Shown here one piece after another: positions 163,859 through 177,205 of a DNA stretch of 248,000 nt. How positions within the stretch are numbered: the stretch's first letter is position 1; every line of letters begins with the position of its first letter. This DNA is from Hyalangium minutum. Its GTDB lineage: Bacteria; Myxococcota; Myxococcia; Myxococcales; Myxococcaceae. The stretch lies in assembly GCF_000737315.1 (NCBI RefSeq), contig NZ_JMCB01000013.1, positions 20,001 to 268,000 of the forward strand, in the 5' to 3' direction. The position numbers and the translations under genes were made by a program. The notes below the pieces were generated by a model, which did not search any database, was not told the origin of the DNA, and saw only the letters and a list, made by a program, of their open reading frames with translations.

Positions 163859-166264
163859 ATGGCGCCTCACTTCCGGATGAAGAACTTTCTCTCGCGCCAT
163901 CGCTTCGAGGTGCTCGCCCTCGGCCTCGCCGTCCTCTTCGGCTTCCTGCATGTGTGGGTGGATGACGCCCCCGTCATTGGCAGCCGGGTCGATGACAAGG
164001 CCGCGCCCCTGCTCATCCGGGCCCTCCAGGCCGCCGAAGGCCGCATCACTGATCTCCAGTTCGCTCTCCGAGGCCGCCGCCCCGCCCACCCGGATGTCGT
164101 CGTCGTCGCCGTGGACGAGAAGAGTGCCCAGCGTTACGGCCTCTGGCCCTGGCCGAGAGATCTCCTGGCCCGCGCAATGGACCGGCTCCGAGAGGCAGGG
164201 GCCGGGGCTGTCGGCCTCGACATGATCTTTGCCGACGAGGTGGTCGACCGGCGCGCCCAGGCCTACGCCGGAGCGCTCGAGGAGCTGGATCGGGCGCTCT
164301 CCCAGGGCTCCCCCGAGAGCGCCGCCGCCCTGGCCGCTTACCGCGAGGAACTGAGCCGGCGGGCCGCCGTCAACACGGACTCCATCCTCGCCGCGTCCCT
164401 CAACCGCTTCCCTCAGGTCGTCCAAGGCATCGTCGTCTATCCCCCGAAGGAACGGGCGCGGTTCGCCAGCAAGGCCGAGGAGTGGACCCGGCTCCTTGAA
164501 CCTCACCTGATCCGCGAATTCCCGGGCGAGATCGCCGGGTCTTCACTCACGCACAAGGTAGACCTCGCCACGCTTCGCAGCTGGCGCATGGACTCCGCGC
164601 AGCTCCCGCTGTCCCTGTTCGCCGAGGCCAGCCGGCACCTGGGGTTCTTCAACTCCGCCGTGGATCCCGACGGCACCTTGCGCCGCATGCCCCTGTTCGC
164701 CTTGCTGGAGCGCCCGCGCGGGCTGGCCGTCTCGTTGGAGCTCCAGACGGCGGCCGCCTACCTGGGCGCCCAGGTCGAGCCGGTGGCAGACCCCGCCCAG
164801 AACCAAATCATCGGCGCCCGCTTCCGCCGCCCGGACGGAAAGCTGCTGCCCCTGCGCGTGCCCCTGCCGCACGACGAGCCCTTCTGGCTCATCAACTACC
164901 CGGGGCCTGCCAGCAGCTTCGTCACCCTGAGCCTGTCGGACGTGGTGGACGGCGCCTTTGACCCCGCGGCAGTGCGCGGCAAGGCGGTGCTCGTGGGCGT
165001 GACGCTGGTGGGCAACTACGACCAGCGCGTTACCCCCTTCAATGAATTCGAGTCCGGCGTCTACATCCACGCCGCCGCGCTCTCCAACATCCTCTCCCAG
165101 GACTTCCTCTTCCGGCCCCAGGAGACCCAGCCGCTCGAGCTACTCTTCATGCTCGGCACGGCCCTGCTATTGGCCCGCCTCCTGCCCCGGGTGCGCTTCG
165201 CCTGGAAGCTGGGCTCCGTGGCGCTGCTCATCACCGTGTGGCTCGTCGTGGATCAGGTTCTCTTCACCCGCGGCATCCAGGTGGCCACGGTGATGCCCCT
165301 GGTCAGCCTCATCACCTCGGCCTTCGCCGTCATCTTCCTGGGCTACTTCTCCGTGGATGCGGAGAAGGCCCAGCTGCACGCCGAGAAAGCCCGTCTGCGC
165401 AAGGCGTTCCAGCACTACCTGGACGCCAGCGTCATGGAGCAGGTGCTCGCCCACCCGGACAAGCTCAAGCTTGGCGGCGAGCGCAAGGAGCTCTCCGTTC
165501 TCTTCTCCGACATCCGCGGCTTCACCACGCTCTCCGAGCACATGACGCCCGAGCAGCTCGTCAGCTTCATCAACCAGTACCTCACCCCCATGACGGATGT
165601 CGTCTTCGCCCAAGGGGGGACGCTCGACAAGTACATCGGCGATGCGATCATGGCCTTCTGGGGCGCTCCGGTGGATCAGCCGGACCACGCCGTGCGTGCC
165701 TGCGCCGCTGCCCTGGGCTTCCTCGAGAAGCTCTCCGGCCTGCGGGCCCGCTGGCGCGCCGCCGGTCTGCCCGAGATGGACATCGGTGTGGGCATCAGCA
165801 GTGGCCTCATGAACGTGGGCCACATGGGCACCGAGAACCGCTTCAACTACACCGTCATGGGGGACGCGGTGAACCTCGCCTCGCGTCTCGAGGGCCTCAA
165901 CAAGGCCTATGACACCCGCATCCTCATCTCCGCCGACACCTATGCCCAGGCGCGTGGCCATATTGCCGCCCGGCGGCTCGGAGTGGTCCGTGTCAAGGGA
166001 AAGCGCGAGCCCACCGACATCTACGAGCTGCGCGCCATGGGCACCCCCGTGGGCCCGGATGCCGAGGCCATCCAGGCTTTCGAGGCCGGTGTGGCCTGCT
166101 TCCTCGCCCGAGACTTCTCAACCGCTGAGATTCACTTCCGCCAGGTGGTGGCCCTCTGGCCCGAGGACGGGCCCAGCCTCCGCTACCTGGAGGAGATCAA
166201 CACCCTGAAGTGGAACCGCCCCGGGCCCGACTGGGACGGGGTGTTCACCGCGACCACGAAGTAG
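163859..166264 (+). CDS. CHASE2 class III adenylate/guanylate cyclase
   Basis: [29 protein letters not shown]. Confidence 0.92.
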   Translation: MAPHFRMKNFLSRHRFEVLALGLAVLFGFLHVWVDDAPVIGSRVDDKAAPLLIRALQAAEGRITDLQFALRGRRPAHPDVVVVAVDEKSAQRYGLWPWPRDLLARAMDRLREAGAGAVGLDMIFADEVVDRRAQAYAGALEELDRALSQGSPESAAALAAYREELSRRAAVNTDSILAASLNRFPQVVQGIVVYPPKERARFASKAEEWTRLLEPHLIREFPGEIAGSSLTHKVDLATLRSWRMDSAQLPLSLFAEASRHLGFFNSAVDPDGTLRRMPLFALLERPRGLAVSLELQTAAAYLGAQVEPVADPAQNQIIGARFRRPDGKLLPLRVPLPHDEPFWLINYPGPASSFVTLSLSDVVDGAFDPAAVRGKAVLVGVTLVGNYDQRVTPFNEFESGVYIHAAALSNILSQDFLFRPQETQPLELLFMLGTALLLARLLPRVRFAWKLGSVALLITVWLVVDQVLFTRGIQVATVMPLVSLITSAFAVIFLGYFSVDAEKAQLHAEKARLRKAFQHYLDASVMEQVLAHPDKLKLGGERKELSVLFSDIRGFTTLSEHMTPEQLVSFINQYLTPMTDVVFAQGGTLDKYIGDAIMAFWGAPVDQPDHAVRACAAALGFLEKLSGLRARWRAAGLPEMDIGVGISSGLMNVGHMGTENRFNYTVMGDAVNLASRLEGLNKAYDTRILISADTYAQARGHIAARRLGVVRVKGKREPTDIYELRAMGTPVGPDAEAIQAFEAGVACFLARDFSTAEIHFRQVVALWPEDGPSLRYLEEINTLKWNRPGPDWDGVFTATTK

Positions 166265-166317
166265 GCCCCCATCTAAATTTGACCCCGAGGGTGGGGGCTG
166301 CTTGACTCGGTCTCCAG

Positions 166318-166968
166318 ATGGGCGCCGAGGAAACCCTCTTTCAACGTTTCGGCAAGGAGTTCGCCAAGGGCACGGTCCTCTTTCAGGAGGGGGAGCCGGG
166401 CAAGGACATGTTCGTCCTTCAGTCCGGGAAGATCTCCATCTCCAAGAAGGTCCGTGACGTGGAGAAGGTCCTGGCCTTGTTGGGGCCTGGTGAGTTCTTC
166501 GGGGAGATGGCCATCATCTCCAACAAGCCGAGGAACGCCACCGCCACGGTGATGGAGGACGCCAAGCTCCTGGTCATCGACCCGAAGACTTTCGAGGCGA
166601 TGATCCGCGGCAACGCCGAGATCGCCGTGCGGATGATCAAGAAGCTGGCCGAGCGCCTGTCCGAGGCGGACGCCCAGATCGAAAACCTGCTCCTGTCCGA
166701 TCCGGCCAGCCGCGTGGTGCACCAGGTGCTCCAGGTCTGCCAGACGCGCGGCCGGCCCATGGAAGAGGGCATCGAGGTGGACTTCCCCGTGCGCGAGCTG
166801 CCCCGGCTCATCGGCGTGGGCGAGCCGGCCATCCGCCACATGCTGGACCGGCTCGAGCGGGCCGGACTCATCGAGCGCAGTGGTGACAGACTGACCGTGT
166901 ATGACACGGCCCGGCTGCACGACTTCCTCCAGTATCTGGAGATGAAGTGGAAGTTCGGAGACCTCTAG
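166318..166968 (+). CDS. Crp/Fnr regulator
   Basis: GEFFGEMA, RNATA cNMP domain + HTH. Confidence 0.9.
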   Translation: MGAEETLFQRFGKEFAKGTVLFQEGEPGKDMFVLQSGKISISKKVRDVEKVLALLGPGEFFGEMAIISNKPRNATATVMEDAKLLVIDPKTFEAMIRGNAEIAVRMIKKLAERLSEADAQIENLLLSDPASRVVHQVLQVCQTRGRPMEEGIEVDFPVRELPRLIGVGEPAIRHMLDRLERAGLIERSGDRLTVYDTARLHDFLQYLEMKWKFGDL

Positions 166969-166969
166969 G

Positions 166970-167725
166970 GTGAAGCTGCAAGTCCTCGGCTGTCACGGCG
167001 GCGAACTGCCCTCGTGCCGGACCACATGCTTCCTCGTGGATGACGTGCTCGCGCTGGACGCGGGCGCGCTCACGAGCACGCTCACGCTCGATCAGCTGTG
167101 CAAGGTGGACGACATCCTCGTCGGCCACAGCCACTTCGACCATGTGAAGGATCTGCCCCTGCTGGCGGATCTGGTGATTGGCCGCCGGGACTCGCCCGTC
167201 ACCATTCACGCGTCGCGCGAGTGCGCCAAGGCGCTGCGCGACTACATGTTCAACAACTCGTTGTGGCCGGACTTCACCCGCATCCCCACGCGCAAAGAGC
167301 CGGTGCTCCGCATCAAGACGTTCCGCGCCGGGAGCACCTTCGAGGTCGGCCGCTACACCGTGCAGTCCATCCCCGTGAGCCACCCGGTGGAGTCCTGCGG
167401 CTTCGTCGTCTCCCATGGGGGCTCCTCCCTGGCCATGAGCGGCGACACCGGCCCCACCGACAAGCTGTGGCGGGCGCTCAACCAGGTGAAGAACCTCAAG
167501 GCGCTGCTGGTGGAGACCAGCTTCCCCAACGCGCTCCAGGAACTGGCGGACCTGTCCGGCCACCTCACGCCCAAGACGCTCCAGTCCGAGCTCACCAAGT
167601 TCCACCGCAACGGCGCCGAGGTGCTGCTGTACCACCTCAAGCCCGCCTTCGTGAGCCAGCTCAAGCGCGAGCTGGCAGGACTCCCCGTGGAGATCCTTGA
167701 ACTCGGAGATACCTTCGAGTTCTGA
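166970..167725 (+). CDS. Class II-type cNMP phosphodiesterase (MBL fold)
   Basis: HSHFDH, SGDTGP, SGHLTP. Confidence 0.85.
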   Translation: MKLQVLGCHGGELPSCRTTCFLVDDVLALDAGALTSTLTLDQLCKVDDILVGHSHFDHVKDLPLLADLVIGRRDSPVTIHASRECAKALRDYMFNNSLWPDFTRIPTRKEPVLRIKTFRAGSTFEVGRYTVQSIPVSHPVESCGFVVSHGGSSLAMSGDTGPTDKLWRALNQVKNLKALLVETSFPNALQELADLSGHLTPKTLQSELTKFHRNGAEVLLYHLKPAFVSQLKRELAGLPVEILELGDTFEF

Positions 167726-167786
167726 CGGGGTGCGTTGTACCGGAAGGGTTGACGGCCGCCCCCGGCCAGATTAACCCCGCGCCTCC

Positions 167787-168635
167787 ATGGCATGGTTCTC
167801 CAAGAAGCCCCGTATTTCGACGCGTCAGGAGCCCTCTCAGGAGGAGCCCTCTCGCATGCAAGGCCTCTGGGCCAAGTGCGAGAGCTGTGACGAGATCATC
167901 TATCGCCAGGAGCTGGAGAAGAACTGGATGGTGTGCCCGCACTGCGAGCACCACCACCCCTGGACGGCGCGCTCCCGGCTGGCCGGCCTCCTGGACCCCG
168001 ACACCTTCGAGGAGTTCGACAAGGAGCTGGAGCCCCAGGACCCGCTCGGGTTCGCCGACAGCAAGAAGTACAAGGACCGGCTGAAGTCCACCCGCAAGAA
168101 CCTGGGCGAGAACGACGCCTTCATCTCCGGCGTGGGCCGCATCGACGGCCACCAGATCTCCGTGGGCTGCTTCCTGTTCGAGTTCATGGGCGGCTCCATG
168201 GGCTCGGTGGTGGGTGAGAAGGTGACCCGCGTCTTCGAGCGCGCCCACGAGCTCAAGTGCCCGGCGCTGCTGTTCTCCGCCTCGGGCGGCGCGCGCATGC
168301 AGGAGGGCATCTTCTCCCTCATGCAGATGGCCAAGACGTCCGCGGCCATTGCCCGCTTCCGCACCGGCAACAAGCCCTACATTTCCGTACTTCTGCACCC
168401 GACGACGGGCGGCGTGGCGGCCTCGTTCGCGTGGCTGGGGGACATCATCCTGGCCGAGCCCAAGGCGCTCATCGGCTTCGCGGGTCCCCGCGTCATCGAG
168501 CAGACCATCCGCCAGAAGCTCCCCGAGGGCTTCCAGCGCTCCGAGTTCCTCCTGGAGCACGGGATGATTGACGCCATCGTCGCCCGCAAGGACTTGCGGA
168601 CGAAGCTCGGCCAGGTGCTCGGGCTGGTGGGCTGA
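167787..168635 (+). CDS. accD: Acetyl-CoA carboxylase carboxyltransferase beta
   Basis: Zn finger, GGSMG, SGGARMQEG, PTTGGV. Confidence 0.96.
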   Translation: MAWFSKKPRISTRQEPSQEEPSRMQGLWAKCESCDEIIYRQELEKNWMVCPHCEHHHPWTARSRLAGLLDPDTFEEFDKELEPQDPLGFADSKKYKDRLKSTRKNLGENDAFISGVGRIDGHQISVGCFLFEFMGGSMGSVVGEKVTRVFERAHELKCPALLFSASGGARMQEGIFSLMQMAKTSAAIARFRTGNKPYISVLLHPTTGGVAASFAWLGDIILAEPKALIGFAGPRVIEQTIRQKLPEGFQRSEFLLEHGMIDAIVARKDLRTKLGQVLGLVG

Positions 168636-168662
168636 GGCGTTTTCCCGAGGGGGCCCAGCCCC

Positions 168663-168740
168663 CTTGGTGACTGGACTCATCAGCCGATGACTGGAGTCCC
168701 ACGGCACAGGGGCCCCCGGCTGATGACTGGAGTCCCGGGA
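168663..168740. promoter_or_regulatory. Three copies of GCTGATGAC-N4-GTCATCAGC-like site
   Basis: CTTGGTGAC tgga CTCATCAGC; GCCGATGAC tgga GTCCCACGG; GCTGATGAC tgga GTCCCCGGG. Confidence 0.7.
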
Positions 168741-168846
168741 AGCCCTCCCGGGAGGTGAACCGGAAGCCCCTCGAAACCGGCGGCTTCCGAGCGTTCCCCT
168801 CTGAAAAGGGCTCCGTCAGGTGGCGACTGTGGGAGGCCGGAGCCGT

Positions 168847-168862
168847 TGGCACACCTCCTGCT
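168847..168862 (+). promoter_or_regulatory. Sigma54 -24/-12 promoter
   Basis: TGGCACACCTCCTGCT, GG-N10-GC. Confidence 0.75.
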
Positions 168863-168925
168863 CTAGCTCATGCACGTCAACTACCCGCTCTCGCCTCCCC
168901 CGAGAGCATGACCCCTGAGGACGCC

Positions 168926-170077
168926 ATGACCACGATCGCCGCCAACGCCCCCCGCATCCAGCGCTCCAACTCTGCTCCCGTCGCCGCCCCCGCGGCCAAG
169001 CCGGAGCTGAGCCGCACCAACAGCGCGCCGGGCAAGCTGCAGACCCCGGCGGCCACGGCGGCCCAGGCTCCCGCGGCTCAGGCCAAGCCCGCTGCCGCCT
169101 CCGGCATCGGCGCGAAGATTGGCGACAGCTTCAGCAAGGCCGGTGGCTCGGTGAAGGGCTGGTACAACGACTCGTCCAACCGCCTCACCACCAGCCACCA
169201 GAACGGCGGCACGGGCGTGGTGGGCCGGGGACTGGCGGGAGCGGGTCTGGCGGGCGGGCTGGCCGGCATCGGCTCCAACGGCAAGGGCCTGGTGGACGCC
169301 ATCAAGAATGGAGAGGGTGGCCACGCCATCGCGGAGAACGCGCTGGGGCTGGGCCGCAGCATCCTGGGCGCGGCCAAGGGCGGGCTGGACACGGCGGCCG
169401 CGTTCACCTCGGCCAAGGACTTCGGCAAGCTGGCCGAGGCGGCCAAGGGCGCGGTGGCGGGCAAGGGCGGAGCGTTCGCGGGCGCCATCGCCAACGCGGC
169501 GGCCGAGGCGGCGCACAAGGGCGGCCCGCTGCGTCACGCGGACGCGATGGCCTCGGTGCTCAAGGAGAAGGGCGGGGTGGGCGGGCTGATGGCCGGAGGG
169601 AAGATGGCGGTGGCGGACCTGCTGCGTCAGGGCGGCTTCGCCGGAGCGGCCGGGAAGATTGAGAAGGGCGTCATCCAGTCGGGGACGAAGGTGGTGGGCA
169701 ACGCGATTGACGCGGCGCAGCTGACCAAGGGCGCTGGCGCGGCCCTCAAGGGGATTGAGGCGGGGGCCAAGGGCGTGGGCACGGCGGCGAAGGTGGCCGG
169801 CCGCTTCGCGCCGGGCCTGAACATCGGCATCGCGGCGCTGGACGCGGGCATCGCCGCGCGCACCTGGGCCGACCCCAAGTCGAGCACGGCGGCGAAGGTG
169901 ACCTCCACCATCACGGCCGCTGGCTCTGCCGCCGCCGCCACCAACATCCCGATCGTCTCGCAGATCGGCGCGGGCATCTCCGCGGTCTCCTCCATCACCG
170001 GCATGGCCATCGAGAACGCCGGGAAGATCAAGGAGGGCTTCAGCAAGCTGGGCGACAAGATCAAGAGCCTCTTCTAA
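168926..170077 (+). CDS. Gly/Ala-rich effector-like protein with low-complexity N-terminus
   Basis: Ala/Pro/Ser N-terminus; glycine-zipper-like hydrophobic helices. Confidence 0.72.
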   Translation: MTTIAANAPRIQRSNSAPVAAPAAKPELSRTNSAPGKLQTPAATAAQAPAAQAKPAAASGIGAKIGDSFSKAGGSVKGWYNDSSNRLTTSHQNGGTGVVGRGLAGAGLAGGLAGIGSNGKGLVDAIKNGEGGHAIAENALGLGRSILGAAKGGLDTAAAFTSAKDFGKLAEAAKGAVAGKGGAFAGAIANAAAEAAHKGGPLRHADAMASVLKEKGGVGGLMAGGKMAVADLLRQGGFAGAAGKIEKGVIQSGTKVVGNAIDAAQLTKGAGAALKGIEAGAKGVGTAAKVAGRFAPGLNIGIAALDAGIAARTWADPKSSTAAKVTSTITAAGSAAAATNIPIVSQIGAGISAVSSITGMAIENAGKIKEGFSKLGDKIKSLF

Positions 170078-170599
170078 TCCCTGTCGTACCTACACCCACC
170101 CTCCAGGAGGAGTTCACCACGAACGCCATGCTCGTTCCCGAGCTGGCTGATGTGAGGTGAGGGCGCCGCAGGTCAAGGCGCTCTCGCTGGAGGGATTGGA
170201 AGCAGCCGAGGACGTTGAGCAGCACTTCCTCTCCGAGCCGGTGGCTTGGAGGCAGGAGGTGCTGCTGCACGTTGCGGGCTTCTCGAGCGGCCGCCTCATC
170301 CCCTTTAGCGCCCGTGAGTCGCTCGTCGGCCACCTGCCCAACGAGATGGCGGTGGTGGACCTCACGCTGCCAGCCAAGCACTCCCGCTCGCTTCGTGGTT
170401 CGGGTGTTGGACGAGGTGGCCGCGTGCACCCAGGTGAAGAGCCCCGCCGGGCTCGTGGACCAGAAGATCCTCGTGCCCAGGAGCGCCAGCGAAGGCGCCT
170501 GGGATGATGAACCGGGCGCAGGTCCGCTTCGAGCGCGCTCAAGCCAAGCCGCTGAATGCACCGGGCCGGGAGGCACGCCCGAAGGGCGCCAAAAAACAA

Positions 170600-170633
170600 C
170601 GGACCGGCGGAGCGCTGAGGCTCCACCGGTCCG
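170600..170633 (-). terminator. Hairpin terminator downstream of the C39-like gene
   Basis: CGGACCGG...CCGGTCCG stem next to an A run. Confidence 0.55.
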
Positions 170634-170681
170634 CTTGTCTGACAGGTTGGGCTGAGGTTCCGCCGGCAGGGCGCCTGCGGA

Positions 170682-171509
170682 CTAGGAGGACTCGCGGCCG
170701 AAGGTCTCCGCCGCCTTGGAGCCGCCACCGTCGTTGGCGTTCAGCGGCACCGTCAGGGCCGCGTTCGACTGGGCCAGGGCCTCGGCGGAGGTCGCGCCCT
170801 TCGCGTCCTCCACGAGCATCATTCCGCCGCTGTTGTGCTTGAACCAGTTCTGATCCACGGCGTTGGTCAGGTGGTTGAAATCCACCCCGTAGCTGGAGCC
170901 GGTGGCCGGATCCTTCACCGTGTAGTTGCCCTTGTCGTCCTTGCCGTCGACCACCACCCAGTGCGCGCCACCGGTCTTGCTCGGGTCGCTGCCCGGGGTG
171001 ATCTGCGCGGAGTCCACCATGGCCATCAGCTTGCCGCCCTTCTTCAGGGTCTCGTCCACGGTGGTCTGGTCGAACTTGAAGGCCGCCTGGTTCACCTTCA
171101 TGCCCTCGCTGCCCAGCATCTTGGCGAGCTCCTGGGCCGAGGTGCCCTTGCCGTCGGTGAACTGGGACTCGAGCTGCGCCATCCGCTGCTCGGCCGAAAC
171201 CCCCGCCACCTGGCCGCGCGAGCCGGCCGCCATCACCGCCGCCGCAGCGCCACAGTTGGTATCCGTGGTCTGCTGGATCACCGGAGCCGAGCCCGAGGGC
171301 GGCAGGGCATCCGCCGAGAACTTCGCCGACCACTCCTGCTGCTGCGTGGAGGCCTGCTCGAAGCCATCCTGGAAGGAGACCGGGGTGGCCGGGGCCTGGG
171401 GAGCGGTGGGAGCAGCCGCGGGCGTGCTCTGCGGCGCGACGGGTGCGCTGGTGTCCTGACGAAGCTGCTGCAGCGCGCGGAAGATGCTGGACGTGATCGA
171501 AGTGCTCAC
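170682..171509 (-). CDS. Papain-fold C39-like peptidase with low-complexity N-terminus
   Basis: QQTTDTNCGAAA, HWVVVDG, YTVKDP. Confidence 0.8.
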   Translation of the reverse strand: MSTSITSSIFRALQQLRQDTSAPVAPQSTPAAAPTAPQAPATPVSFQDGFEQASTQQQEWSAKFSADALPPSGSAPVIQQTTDTNCGAAAAVMAAGSRGQVAGVSAEQRMAQLESQFTDGKGTSAQELAKMLGSEGMKVNQAAFKFDQTTVDETLKKGGKLMAMVDSAQITPGSDPSKTGGAHWVVVDGKDDKGNYTVKDPATGSSYGVDFNHLTNAVDQNWFKHNSGGMMLVEDAKGATSAEALAQSNAALTVPLNANDGGGSKAAETFGRESS

Positions 171510-171547
171510 GGTGCTCTCCTGGAGGTAAGGTGCACGGCGGGTGCTGA

Positions 171548-171576
171548 ATTATCGGGAGGAGGCCTCAAAAAGTTTC
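171548..171576 (-). promoter_or_regulatory. Bipartite promoter motif GAAACT-N16-CGATAAT
   Basis: Matches motif at 23148 and 115777. Confidence 0.5.
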
Positions 171577-171620
171577 CTCTTCCCGCATTCCCTGGCTGTC
171601 AGGGCTTGAGGAGTGCCTAT

Positions 171621-171636
171621 ATCAAAAGGTGTGCCA
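171621..171636 (-). promoter_or_regulatory. Sigma54-like promoter (variant -12)
   Basis: TGGCACACCTTTTGAT, GG-N10-GA. Confidence 0.5.
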
Positions 171637-171709
171637 GGGGGGGGTAAGAATTAAAAAGTGGGAGGCCATTGGAAATTCAGGCGCTTGGCTCCCACATGCC
171701 GAGAGCCCC

Positions 171710-171751
171710 CCCGATGACACCACCCATCAGCTGATGACTGCCGTCATCAGC
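171710..171751. promoter_or_regulatory. Two tandem sites including the perfect palindrome GCTGATGAC-TGCC-GTCATCAGC
   Basis: Read directly from the sequence; 20-bp periodicity as at 168663/168683. Confidence 0.75.
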
Positions 171752-171771
171752 CCGGCTGCCTCGGGAGGCGC

Positions 171772-175895
<4,124 letters not shown>

Positions 175896-175924
175896 CTATC
175901 CCATGGATTCCGCTCGGTGTGCCA

Positions 175925-176013
175925 CCTGGTGACAGGACTCATCACGTGGGGCTGGCGTCACCAGGGCTGCTCCTCGGGGAGCCCAGGGAGCGGCCGGGAC
176001 TGGCGTCATCAGG
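175925..176013. promoter_or_regulatory. Two to three copies of the GCTGATGAC-N4-GTCATCAGC-like site
   Basis: CCTGGTGAC agga CTCATCACG; ...tggc GTCACCAGG; ...GGGAC tggc GTCATCAGG. Confidence 0.65.
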
Positions 176014-176042
176014 CCGCCGGGCCTTCCCCAGGGAAACCGGGT

Positions 176043-176058
176043 TGGCACGGCTGATGCT
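176043..176058 (+). promoter_or_regulatory. Sigma54 -24/-12 promoter
   Basis: TGGCACGGCTGATGCT, GG-N10-GC. Confidence 0.78.
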
Positions 176059-176129
176059 GTAGGGAGAAATGCCAGCAACGAGGCACTCCTCCTCCCCCAA
176101 CCTTCCTCCTTTCTGAAAAGGACCCCGTC

Positions 176130-176999
176130 ATGAACGTCTCCAACCTCCGCCAGAACCCGAGCCTTCAGACCCTGGATTCCTCTTCCTTCCGCCGCGGTGG
176201 TGTCGAGCAGGGCGGCCTCAAGGGCCTCTTCGGCAAGGGTGGCGGGCTGCAGGAGCTCATCAAGGGCACCCAGGACCTGCTGAAGTCGCTCCAGGCGGTC
176301 GAGAAGCTGATGCAGGGCATGAAGACGGGCGGGATGCAGAAGGCCGCCTCGCCGTCGCAGGGGTGCTCGCCGTCTCCGTTCTCGCAGAGCAGCTTCGCTC
176401 CATCCGCGGGCAAGGCGCCCGTGGAGCTCAACCCGAGCGCCAGCGGCCCGAGCAGCATGGGCGGCACGGGCAGCGCGGGTGGCTCGAGCAGCGTGGGCTC
176501 CGGCGCGGGCATCTCGGGTGACGCGAAGCTGGGCGGCGGCTTCCCCTCGGCCTTGGGCCAGTACAAGAACGCCATCGAGTCCGCGGCGGCCAAGACGGGC
176601 GTTCCGGCCTCCATGCTCGCCGCGCAGATCTGGCAGGAGTCCCGCGGCAACCTGGGCGCCACCTCGACCAACGGCGGCAACGGCCTGACGGACACGGGGC
176701 TGATGCAGATGAACCCCAACACCTTCAAGGAGCTGCAGGGCAAGTACCCGGAGCTGCAGGGCAAGAACCTGGCGGATCCGGAGACGAACATCCTGGCCGG
176801 CGCCTACTACATGAAGGACATGAAGGAGCAGTTCGGGAACTGGGATCTGGCGCTGCGCGCGTACAACTCGGGCCCCAACGGCGTGGACCGCAGCAACCCG
176901 AACGCCATCCCCGCGGGCACCGGTGACGCCACCTACGTGCAGAAGGTGAAGCAGTTCGCGGAGACGATCGCCTCGGGCAAGGGCACGCTGCCCGCGTAG
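176130..176999 (+). CDS. Lytic transglycosylase (SLT) with low-complexity N-terminus and no signal peptide
   Basis: QES, GLMQ, NILAGAYY, AYNSG. Confidence 0.88.
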   Translation: MNVSNLRQNPSLQTLDSSSFRRGGVEQGGLKGLFGKGGGLQELIKGTQDLLKSLQAVEKLMQGMKTGGMQKAASPSQGCSPSPFSQSSFAPSAGKAPVELNPSASGPSSMGGTGSAGGSSSVGSGAGISGDAKLGGGFPSALGQYKNAIESAAAKTGVPASMLAAQIWQESRGNLGATSTNGGNGLTDTGLMQMNPNTFKELQGKYPELQGKNLADPETNILAGAYYMKDMKEQFGNWDLALRAYNSGPNGVDRSNPNAIPAGTGDATYVQKVKQFAETIASGKGTLPA

Positions 177000-177205
177000 T
177001 ACCGCACAGAGAGCGCGGCAAAAAGGCGGGTTCACGTTGCATGAGGATGCCCGATGCCGGGTTCCTCGCAGCGTGGACCCGCTGCCGCATTTCGAGGCTC
177101 ACTCCGGAACGGGGGATTCGCCTGGCTGGACGGCCGCCGGGGGAGCGCCTGCCCTGTGCAAATCCGCCCATCCGGCGCGCTCGGCGCGGTTAGAGTCTGC
177201 GGCCC

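Noticed and set aside
170080-170590. Possible extra gene within the sigma54 module
   Set aside because: Only short, frame-switching segments without a recognisable motif; perhaps a remnant, but not supportable.
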